From assembly GCF_009834535.1 (NCBI RefSeq), contig NC_045707.1:57848001-57912000 (forward strand): DNA of 64,000 bases. The letters run 5' to 3'. The position numbers and the translations under genes are program-made. Position 1 is the stretch's first letter, and each line of letters starts with the position of its first letter. Positions 53,046 through 64,000 of the stretch are shown piece after piece. Source of the DNA: Camelus ferus (lineage: Eukaryota). The notes below the pieces were generated by a model. It was not told where the DNA came from. It did not search any database and worked only from the letters and a program-made list of their open reading frames with translations.

Positions 53046-54944
53046 ACCTTCCTCACTTAGAAGAATCAGTAGGCTCCGTGCTTTGGGAGGGCAATTAGGG
53101 GTGGTGACATGGCCCTTCCTTGGCTGGCACTTGAGGGGGCTTTCTCTTCAGGGTGGCCTTTCACTAGGCCTAAAAGAAAGCACTCAATTCTACTTTCCTT
53201 CACAGGTTATGCCTCAGGACTACTACTTCTGGGAAAATAGATGGGAAAACGCATAGGATTACAGTATCTCCATAGACAGAGAGGTACAAATACCCACTTT
53301 TTTTTCTGGTAGAGCAAAGCTAATTCTTACTCATTTTCTAGATTAAATTTAGTATCACTCCTGCTGGGTAGCCCTTCTCCAATATCAAGTTATCTCAGCC
53401 TTTCATGTGATGTATGGTGCATGCCACTGTCATCACTCTCAACACAAAGTATTATATATTTATTGATCTGTTTCACCTGCTGTGGAGTTTTGAAGGCATG
53501 GGACACATTTTATCATGTCTTTTCTTCACTGTCTCAAAAATATTTGTTAACTGAATGAATTTATGTATGCCCCTGCTATAAGACCCTTGGGGAAGTAGAG
53601 TTTTCAAAGCCTCTTTTATCTGAGTAGGGGGAGATTTAATGCATGGCCTCATCAGTGGACCAGGCTAACTCCTCCAAGTGAATGAATCTAAACACTGCCC
53701 TCCACAGGTCAAGCTAATAGATACGAGTTTGTGAAGTTAGTGATCAAAGAGCTCAAGGAGACATGATAAGGGCTGTCAGTCACTGACAAATATCTACTGC
53801 TTGTCTTATAAATTCAAGTGGTAATGACAATAGTTTTGAATATGAGGAAGAAGGAAGACTCCACAATACAGAAAAATTTTTTAATAATTTTTTTTTAAAA
53901 AAGGAGGTGGCTTCACAAAGGGCGGGCTGAAGGTAGAAGCAAAGTATGGATAAGCAAAGGCAGGACCTGAGTGCAGCTCTCCCGGCAGCCCTCAGATGCC
54001 ACTTGACAGATGAGACCACGTGCCTCCACGGGAATGCTGTGGAAGGTTGTGGAGAGTCTGACCTGAGAGCTCACAAGATGGCTACTATCTTACGAAAGAA
54101 CAACCTTAGTATTAAAAGTCTTCTGGTTGGACTGTTTGGCTAAGGATTCACAGACTTCAGAGTTCTACAAAGCCAGTGAGAACTGAAGTCGAACCCAAAA
54201 TCACCAGAGAAGATGACCAGAAGAACAAAGTAGGAGTTAACAGCCGCTTCCATCAGCAGCTGCAAACATCAGAACACCGAGAATAAGACCAATTGTACAG
54301 CAGAGGTCGCAGGACCATGAAGAAGTCCAGACAAGCCATTTGCAGAGGAGACCAACGCTCATCCAGAGAACGCTATACAGACCTCAGAGCCAGTCTCCCA
54401 AAGACAGACGAGGACAAGTGAGCCCCACCCACCACCGCACCTCGATGCCAGCTGGGGAAGGAGCTGGAATTCTAAAGGATATTTACATAAGCCATCCAAA
54501 CAGAGCTGTGGATGGTGGTCATAATAAGGTTAGCGACAGAAAAAAATACAGAACCTAATTGTTCATTCTACATCTGCATGTCATGTTAGTAAATCTGAGG
54601 CCCCACTACATTTATAAATAACAATATTATTACATCAACAATGACAGATGCCATGTGAGGTGTGAAGCTGAAAGGCTATATACAGCATTTTAGAAGACAG
54701 AACTGAAACATCAGTGAACCTTGCCAGAGACAATCATGTTTACTACTTCCTATGAAAGACCAGAGGGGAGAAAATTAGCTGTGGGTCAGGGGAAAGGGGC
54801 TGCAGCCCAGTGCTCACAGACATACCAAGGGCTGCACTCACCGTCTCATCCACACACATCCCCCTGCACACCAAACCCCAGGGGCAGCTCCACATCCCAC
54901 CCCCAGATCCCAATCTCAACAAAATCTCCCCCATTTTACAGCTA

Positions 54945-55152
54945 GTGATGTGTTGGTCAGTATTGAACAACCAGCTCAGAGGGAAAGGGAGAGCTCAGAC
55001 CTGGAGTGTGTGCAGATTTCCAGGGTGTAAATAAATACTCCCACCCCAGCCAATTTTGAGCTACTAACGTGATTCCAACTGACTCATAAAATTCCTGCAA
55101 ATTTAATAATTGGCTTTTATAAAGAGGAACTGGCTTCAGCTCCACTACACTG
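54945..55152 (-). mobile_element. MER63-like hAT-Blackjack fossil
   Basis: reverse complement begins cagtgtagtggagctgaagccag...ccaattattaaatttgcaggaattt. Confidence 0.55.
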
Positions 55153-55294
55153 CTACCTAGTTGAAGAGCCACTCTAGGGCACTGCCTAGATCAAAATCTA
55201 GTATGAGTGGACCCCACAAACTGGTGAGTTTTGACCTGTACTTCTGCCTGACACCCACTGTGACCTTCAAAAGGATGTTACATTAACAACTCAA

Positions 55295-55470
55295 CACAGA
55301 GGGAAAAGTGTGACAATGAATATGTATATGTTCATGTATAACTGAAAAATTATATAACAGATCAATAAATATATAATACTTTGTGCTCTACACTGGAATT
55401 TGACACAACATTGTAAAATGATTATAAATCAATAAAAAATGTTAAAAAAACAGAAAAAAAAAGAAAAAAA
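55295..55470 (+). mobile_element. L1 3' terminus with A-rich tail
   Basis: gtgacaatgaatatgtatatgttcatgtataactgaaaaat...tgtgctctacactggaatttgacacaacattgtaaaatga...aataaaaaa. Confidence 0.85.
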
Positions 55471-55639
55471 AACTCAAGTAGTAGGTTGAATTTAAATCAT
55501 ACAAATTTCAATCTACTAACCAGACTTTCTATTTTCTTTTTATTTAATAAACCCACTTCTATCCAGGAAACTGATTTCCCTTTCATCTGAGCTATGCTTC
55601 ATAAGGTAATTTTTCTTCAGTTGTGCTATGAATTTGCTG

Positions 55640-57613
55640 GGGTTTTTTTTCACTTTCTTTATTGAATTATAGTCATCTACAAATTTTGAACTCTCTTCCC
55701 ACCCTCCTCCTCCTTAGCAACCACAAGTTTCTTTCTATGTCTATGAGTCTGTTTCTGTTTTGTATTTATGTTCTATTTTTTTAGATTACACACATGAGCA
55801 ATCTCATAGTGTTTTTCATTCTCTTTCTGGCTTATTTCACTTAAATGACATTCTCCAGGGACATCTATTTTGCTGCAAATGGCATTATGTTGTCATTTTT
55901 ATGGCTGAATAGTATTCCATTGTATAAATATACCAACCTCTTCTTTATCCAGTCATCTGTTGATGGACATTTAGGCTGTTTCCATGTCTTGGCTATTGTA
56001 AATAGTGCTGCTATGAACATTGGGGTGCAGGTGTCTTTCTGAAGTAGGCTTCCTGCTGGATATATGCCCAGGAGCAGGATTCTTGGGTCATATGGTAAGT
56101 CTATTCCTAGTCTTTTGTGGAATCTCCATACTGTTTTCCACAGTGGCTGCACCAAATTGCAATCCCACCAGCAGTGTAGGAGGGTTCCCTTTTCTCCACA
56201 GCCACTCCAGCATTTGTCATTTGTGGACTTTTGAAAGACAAAGCTGCCCACTATCACCACTCCTATTCAACATAGTCTTGGAAGGCTAGCCACAGCAATC
56301 AGGAAAGAGAGAGAAATAAAAGGGATCCAAATCGGAAAAGAAGAGGTAAAAGTGTTACTATATGCAGATGACATGATACCATATATAGAAAACCCTAAAA
56401 AGTCCACACAAAAACTACAGAACTAATCAAAGAATTCAGCAAGGTAGCAGGTTACAAGATTAACGTACAAAAATCAGTTGCATTTCTTTGCACTTATGAT
56501 GAATCAACAGAAAAAGAAAGTAAAGAAACAATCCCCTTTAAAACAGCACCCAAAGTAATAAAATACCTAGGAATAAATCTAACCAAGGAGGTGAAAGACT
56601 TACACATGCAGAACTATAAAACACTGATGAAGGAAATTAAAGAAGACTTTAAAAAATGGAAAGAAATCTCATGCTCCTGGATTGGAAGAATCAATGTTAT
56701 AAAATGGTCACACTGCCCAGGCAATCTACAGATTTAATGCAACCCCTATCAAATTACCCAGGACATATTTCACAGAACTAGAAAAAAATCATAATAAAAT
56801 TTATATGGAACCACAAAAGACCTAGAATTACCAAAGTATTACTGAAGAAAAAGAAAGAGGCTGGAGGAATAACTCTCCCAGACTTCAGACAATACTACAG
56901 AGCTACAGTAATCAAGACAGCATGGTACTGGTACAAAAACAGACATATGGACCAATGGAACAGAATAGAGAGCCCAGAAATGAACCCACAAACTTCTGGT
57001 CAACTAATCTTCGACAAAGGAGGCAAGAATATACAATGAAATAAAGACAGTCTCTTCAGCAAATGGTGTTGGGAAAACTGGACAGCAGCATGTAAATCAA
57101 TGAAGCTAGAACACTCCCTTACACCATACACAAAAATCAACTTAAAATGGATCAAAGACTTAAACATAAGACAAGATACAATAAACCTCCTAGAAGAAAA
57201 CATAGGCAAAACATTATCTCACATACATCTCAAAAATGTTCTCCTAGGGCAGTCTACCCAAGCAATAGAAATAAAAGCAAGAATAAACAAATGGGACTAA
57301 TGAAACTTACAAGCTTCTGCACAGCAAAGGAAACCATACGTAAAACAAAACGACAACCTATGCAATGGGAGAAAATTTTTGCAAACGATGGAACTGACAA
57401 AGGCTTGATCTCTGGAATATATAAGCAGCTCATACGACTTAATAAGAAAAAAACAAACAACCCAATCCAAAAATGCACAAAAGACCTAAACAAGAAATGC
57501 TCCAACCAAGACATACAAATGATCAATAGACACATGAAAAAATGCTCAATATCACTATCAGAGAAATGCAAATCAAAACTACAATGAGGTATCACATCTC
57601 ACCAGTCAGAATG
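55640..57613 (-). mobile_element. 5'-inverted L1 of about 2 kb: minus-strand 3' part 55640-56235, inverted plus-strand ORF2 part 56236-57613
   Basis: ORF2 C-terminal peptide ([17 protein letters not shown]...) on minus; RT/ORF2 DNA (tatgcagatgacatg = YADDM) on plus with stops and frameshifts; TSD atgaatttgctg 55628-55639 / 57611-57622. Confidence 0.93.
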
Positions 57614-58750
57614 AATTTGCTGTTTTTAAGAAGGCACTTGTAGCAAGCCCAGAAAAGCCCTCTTCGGGCTCACTTGTGAAAGCCAGCCAGTATGTGTGCT
57701 CTCAGGCTATGGGGCATTCTCTTCCCCTGCTTTGCAATCTGAGCCAAACAGCAAATTCTGCCTTAAAATATCATTAAGATAAGAATGGTCTCACTGTTTC
57801 TAGTAGATTTCACTGTGAAAACATGAGGCTTGGCAGCTTATAAATCATATCACACTGCACTATTCAAAGATTAGTTATAATAGCCTAAGAAACTTTTGTA
57901 AACATCAAACTCCTTTCAAAAATTATATTCTGAGATATTGAAGGGGTGGGGTGAGTGTTTATTGCTTGGTATATTAAAAGAAATTACATTAAAAAGAAAA
58001 GTGAGGTTTCTGTAACACATTTTCTACATATCAGGGTTAAGCCAGATACTTTTGAGAAGGAATTTGAATGAGGAAAAAAAAAATTCAAAGGCCATATTAT
58101 CTCACTATTATTTTAGTCTAGCTCACATAATTGTATAGCTTACTGTTTATACTACTTTACCAGTTTGGAAAATTTTTCCCCTCATTTCTAATAGGAAAAG
58201 AGGCAACATTTTACTCATTTTATGTAATTCTTAGATTTAGGGGAAAACCTGAACAAAATAAGTCAATATTACTTTTAACATCAGAAAAAAATATAAATGC
58301 TATCTTAAATATAATTTTAGAATATACTCTGGTATACTATTACATAAGGGAAAACTTTGCTTATTTAGGCAACAAATATGTATTACAATAGTGTTGTCAG
58401 ATTGACTAGAATTTGAAATTTGTTATAATTCAAAATCTAGAACATAGTATGCTGATTATGTTCCTGGACAGGGCAATTAGAAAAGAATGTTTTTATTCTT
58501 CCTATATGAATCAATCTTAAGTTATTCTTGGTGACTTTAGGTGACCCTTCCAGGTGATTTAAATTTGTAATAAGAAGGTCTTGCCTCATTGTTAGGTGGA
58601 TGGTAGTTGTTGGAATCACAAGGTTCTTCAGTTGCACTTATCAGAAACTGACTCTGGTCAATCTAAGCAAAAGAGGAATTATCAGAAGGCCATTGGAGAT
58701 GTCACAGAACTAATAGGAAGGTTGAAGAATCTTGCTTAGATGTTGCAACG

Positions 58751-58766
58751 TGTATATATGTATGTG

Positions 58767-58806
<40 letters not shown>

Positions 58807-58812
58807 TATATA
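58751..58812 (+). repeat. (TA)n/(TG) compound microsatellite next to a short L1-like 3' end
   Basis: directly visible. Confidence 0.85.
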
Positions 58813-59636
58813 ATTATTACATTGTATACCTTAAACTCACACAATATTATAAGTCAACTATATCTTAGTAAAGCTGGGGGGAAGAAAGAATCATGCTTAG
58901 TAAGGTGAATATTAGGTTATCACCTAAGATAAATGAACTCCAACTGTTTCCTGTTTCCTTACAAAAGCTCTGCTTATGATTTGAAGTCCCTCAGAAACTG
59001 ATGGGGTCACATGCATAACCCTTGGCTATACAGAAGGAATTTCATGGGACACCTCAGCTTCCATTCCAAGATTGCATACAGTTTGGGGAATATAATTCCC
59101 ACCCAAAAGAAAATCAGTGTTTTTAGGATGAGGGACTGGATGCTAGACAGTTAAAACCACAAAGCTTTACTACACTACTTATTCAATGTCGTCTGTGACA
59201 TTGCTAACTCCATCAATATGAAAAGAAGACATCTACTTCTCTGGGTCTCAGTTTCTTCTTTTGTAAAATGAGAAGACTGCATTAGGTGACTTCCAGCTTC
59301 CTTTCTATATTTCACAGTCACAATTACCACTTAGGCAGACAATGATGCTACCTTTGGAGAAGGCTTCCATGTAGCAAAGGGACTTTTTCTAACCCTGGTG
59401 GCTCTTAGTCTTTCTCATCCCTCCCTGTCACGTCTACTCGTCTTTAGAGAGCACCTCCAGCTTTTCTGGCTCTTGCCGATGCCACGGCAAGTTTCCAGAA
59501 CTCAGTGGACCTCACTTGGAGAATTAAAAATCAAACACATTTTACTCTGTCACATGTTGCCTAAAATAGAACATTTCCTTCATCGAAGAGTAGATGTTCC
59601 CCGTGATATACGCCAAAGTAAAGAATAGGTTCTTTA

Positions 59637-59817
59637 GTAACCGTAAGTTTGTTTTCTATGTCTGAGAGTCTGTTTCTGTTTTATAAATAAGTTTATTTGC
59701 ATCATTTTTTTAGATTCTACATATAAATGATATAGATATGTAAAACTGAATCACTATGCTGTACACCAGAAACTAACATAACATTGTAAATCAACTATAC
59801 ATCAATAAAAAAAAAAA
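59637..59817 (+). mobile_element. Very short 5'-inverted L1 3'UTR insertion
   Basis: antisense L1 3'UTR 59637-59733, sense terminus plus poly(A) 59734-59820; perfect 17-bp TSD aaagaataggttcttta 59620-59636 / 59818-59834. Confidence 0.88.
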
Positions 59818-60773
59818 AAAGAATAGGTTCTTTAAAGTGTTTTCTGTTTAAAATGAAGTTCTGAAGCTCTTTTCACAAAAATAAGACTTAATTCTCCTGA
59901 CAAAGGGAAGTCCTGGTGCTCCATCTAGAGGACGTTTTGTATGTTCCAGATTAAGGGGGTTAGAGGGTCCATCACAGACGTCCAGCCCTCTAAATCTTGC
60001 TGTGATAATTCTACCAATAATTTTCTAAGACTCAACAGATATATTTTTAAAAAACATTTTGAATAAGCCCATACTGTGTAACAGTAAAGAGGACAATTTC
60101 CCTCCTCATTTCAACTAAGTAGATAACTTCCCCTTTATTCACAAAATATTTGGATATATACTATGCATGCACTGTGCTTACATTTGGGAGTTTCATGGTT
60201 AAAAAATGTTTAAATATAATTTCTAACAAGCACGCACCAGTTTTTAACCATGTTCCTCAATTATCACAAGCTTTTCTTTTTAACTTGACAGCTATTTCCC
60301 CTCATTGAAGACGTAATAATACATTGGATAAAAATATACATGTCCTTTTTCACTTAGAATTACACAGCATTTTCCTTCAAAAAGACCTGCCTGTTAAGAG
60401 AACATACTATTTTTATTTTTCGTGATGAGAGTTTCAGTTGGGTAATGCCTCACAGAAACTTGGAGAAACTTGCTTTTTATGTAAAATCTCGGACCTTATT
60501 TTAGAGAAAGCAATGTTTCCTGCATGGAAATTCACTTTTAACCAAATGGAGCGCACACGTAGCCTCTATTTTCCCATAAAAATTCTGTGAGAAAGTAAGG
60601 GCAGATGGCGAAGCTAAGAAGGAGGGACTAGGAAGGATCTGAGACAGAAATTTGTAGGGAGTCGGGGGTGACCGGCTGATCTTGGACTGTGGCCATCTCA
60701 CTCAGGGCAGTGGAGCGGCCACGGCTGGCCCAGCAGGCTGGGGCCCTCACGTTACTGCCCTGGTTTTGTTGGA

Positions 60774-60812
<39 letters not shown>

Positions 60813-62764
60813 AGCTGCACAGTAAGTTCTGTGAGAACGGAAACAATCACCAAGTAGAAGGTTCTGCTCTGGGATCAGACTTGTCACACTAGTTTCATCA
60901 AAAAGTTTACCATATGTCCTGAGGGTCCCCAAGAAAGGCAAAATAATGTATCAGAACTTCCAAGATACACAGGCCAGGGAAGCAGAATTTTCCCACAGAA
61001 GGAAAAAACAAGAGTGGGAGGGGGCTGGGGGTGGGTGTGGGTCCGTCTTGGTATCTCTTTCACCAACAATGCACTACATATCTTGAGGATACCCTGCGGT
61101 TCTTCTAAGGGATGGCTAATGGAGTAATTTACACACAGAGGTGAGTTTCAAGAAAGCAAATCTGGATGACATTTCCTTTTAGAACTCCTTCATTGAAATG
61201 TAAATAGTGTTTAAGTGCACCATAGTACTGAAAGCTGGTAGAGCAGTCCCTGTGCCCTCTCCTCCCTACCCTGCCCTGCCCCCGGAACAGAGAACTATGA
61301 GATAACTTGCTCAATGTCACAGAGCTAGTGAGTAGTGGAGCTGGGACCAGAACTCACACTGGCTGACCATAAGCCATCATTCTTTCATGTCACGCTGTTA
61401 CAACATATTCACAAACTAGTTTAACACCCAAGCCTTAAAGAACTAATCGTCAAAAAAAAAAATCTTAATGTTCCTTCTCAATAAGAGGTTAAATGTTTGG
61501 AGGTGGCGTTCTTATTGTGGAGAAGAAATAAAAGAACAAAACTTTACAAATGATATTTGGTTCTTCTGAGTAAATTTGAATATAGTAAGAGACACATTTT
61601 ATGGTTTTTAAAAAATTTACTCAGCATTTCCCTGCCTTGTTCCAAAACAGTAGGTACCTGGTGGTATCCAATAATTTTAGAGCCACGATATAGAAATAAA
61701 CTTGAAGGATGTCTTATGGCCAGAATAGATCTATCCTAGAAAGTGAAGAGACAGTGGCCTCAAGCCCATGGATAAGTCTCCTCCCAGCCCACTCCCTATG
61801 CCAACAGAAAGCCTGTGGACCTGAGGACTGGCTGTCTTGGGTGGGGAGATGTCCTTCCCCTATTTGCTGCAGCCTTACCAGGCTCCTCTGCACCAGCCTG
61901 GGAAAAGCATGAACTGCAAAGTAAAGGAAGATCTATTTTTAAAAAGGAATCGCTAAGAATACTAACACTAAACAAAACTTAAAGTAATTCTCATACTGAG
62001 CTGCAAGGGTTCATTTTGCCCATGGTTTTGGAAAAGATAAACTCATGAACAGATTCTTCCCTAACTGCAAACACTGATTTGTTGCCAGGGATACCTTGGC
62101 ATCCAGAAGAAAAGGTAGACACCAGCTTTTTTTTTTTATACTTCTTTGAATTTCATTTTACTACCTCGAAGCATTAAGATATTTAAAAATTGTGCTAGTT
62201 GAAGTATGTATTTTACTGGACCGGGGAGGCTCTTTCATGGACCACTCAAGACGCAGGGCACATCCTGTTCCCAAATAATTCAGCAAATATCAGTGTGTGC
62301 ATAAAGCAGCCTAATAAGTCACATCCAAATATAATTCCAGTGCAGATACTTGCTATTAATGCCATGATGCACCAAAATAAATCATAAAACCAACAGCGCT
62401 GTTGTACGTCCAAAATAAAAAGGCAGAGTCTACAGTATTTCAACTTGCTATAAAAATGGTGCCAGAGGAGCTGGGGCTTGCTCTGGCTGGAGCCACAGCC
62501 AGGAGGCCCTGTCAATCTGTGTTCTGCACTTTCAACCATCCAAGCTACACTGGAGGTCTATTCAAACCTCAGGAAAAGGTGGAAACTAGTTTTTGGTGAG
62601 TCTTTCCATTACATTCAGCTGTTTTCTATTCCTGCTAAGACTTCTTCTGTATTGCTATCTGATTACTTAGCTTCACTTAAAATCATTCCCAAGCAAAGAA
62701 GACCACCCTAGGAGAAAGACTGGAATCCATGGGCTTGCTGTCCCTGAGGATTAAGGTGCATCAA

Positions 62765-62920
62765 GTGGTGACTCTCAAACCTGGCCCGCACATTTAGAAT
62801 GATTTTGGAAAGCCCCACCCTGACCGATGAAATGCTACTGTTTGAGTCTGTGGCCCAGGCATTAATAGTTCGTTTCTAAGCTTCGCAGGTGATTCTACTG
62901 CAGCTTTGCAGCTAGAGACG
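62765..62920 (+). mobile_element. MER5-like hAT-Charlie fossil
   Basis: ctctcaaacctggcccgcacatttagaat...gcccaggcatt...caggtgattcta. Confidence 0.55.
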
Positions 62921-64000
62921 CTCTCTGGCCATCATTCAACAGTATGACTTCTGCTATCTTCCTTTTGGTCTTCCAGACAAACATACTCAAGTTACAGAAG
63001 CCTCCTAGACATTCATTTCTTCCAAGAAATGAATTAACACTAGACAATTTTTGCTAAAGGGGGCAGGAGAGGTTAAAGAAAAAAGAAGAGCAGAAGAAAG
63101 CCAATTTCATTCTTATGAGACCTAACCGAGTTCCCAGCTGGCGGGTCTTGTTTGGTCAATTGGTCAAAGACTGGATTCTCTTTGTTTTACTAAGAAGCGT
63201 CCTTGTTATCCATGCTTTAAAGAAAATAAACATTAAGTTGAAGACAGCGTTGAGCAGAAAGATTATTCAACTGGGACTCACAAAATCTGGATCCTGTTTA
63301 GCAGTTAATAGTTGTGGTACGTGGGACCTTGAACTTATCGCTCTGTGTCTCATTTTCCCATCAGAAAAAACGGAATACTATGCTCCCTTCTTCCAAGGGC
63401 TCTCTTAATCTGAGTATCTACTTGTGATCCATTCAGCAAGACACCTTAAAGGATGCACTGTTCTTCACATTGCCAAAAGGATGGGGTAGACACAAAAAAA
63501 GACATTAGATGAGCAAGACAAGAGTGTAAAATCCTTAGAAGATGAAAAAACAGGTAAAATAATTAAAGCAGTGCTGTGGGAAAGCTTTACTGAAACTAGC
63601 TGAAAGTTCTGGGGAGGATCAATTGTTTATGATCTTGTTCTCGAGAGACTGAAATTCTTTGGATACACCAGATGGTTTTATTTATATAGCAAAAGTTCAG
63701 CTCCAGTGAGGTGCTGCTTGCAAATTCACACAGAAATAAAAGAAACCATATTTATGGACGTGTACATGCACTTGCTCACAAGAGGGATTTTCCATTGTTT
63801 CTTACAGACCTTTGAACAAATTTTAAATTTATGATGTTAAAGAGAAGGCCCATCACATTGGAAAGAAACAGCAGCCTCCCAAGCCAGCCACCTAAAATTG
63901 AACGTGGGTAAGTGGCAGAACTTTGTGGATCCCCTCTGTCCACAAGAAGGACAAATCTCATTTAATTCAGTCTTTGATGTTCATATACAATCCTCTCTCC

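Noticed and set aside
55166..55185. CTCF-like CCACTCTAGGGCAC
   Set aside because: Mismatches at the core AG positions
55865..57595. Reverse-transcriptase-like ORFs as a novel retro-system
   Set aside because: Disrupted L1 ORF2 fragments with stops and frameshifts inside an inverted L1

Overview
AT-rich mammalian genomic DNA, very probably from a camelid (two tRNA-Ala-derived Vic-1-type SINEs). The window holds the 5' part of OTOGL (otogelin-like, a secreted vWF-D-family inner-ear glycoprotein) on the minus strand. I mapped 22 consecutive coding exons by hand (45555 -> 818). All are GT-AG, all splice phases are compatible, and together they give 2518 nt of open frame (839 codons + 1 nt): signal peptide, EGF-like, VWD1-C8-TIL-E, VWD2-C8-TIL-E. 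The gene continues past coordinate 1. The rest is intronic or upstream DNA with L1/L2/MIR, MaLR/ERVL LTR and hAT fossils and two long (GAAA)n tracts. I see no previously undescribed multi-gene system. The best leads are local: two twin-primed 5'-inverted L1 insertions (one about 185 bp), an inverted SINE pair bracketing two exons, an in-frame duplicate splice donor, a CTCF-like motif across an exon donor, a POU4F-like site next to the first coding exon, a poly(A)-only insertion with a target-site duplication (TSD), and CpG-rich exons. Repeat family names and comparisons with human OTOGL come from memory, not from a search.
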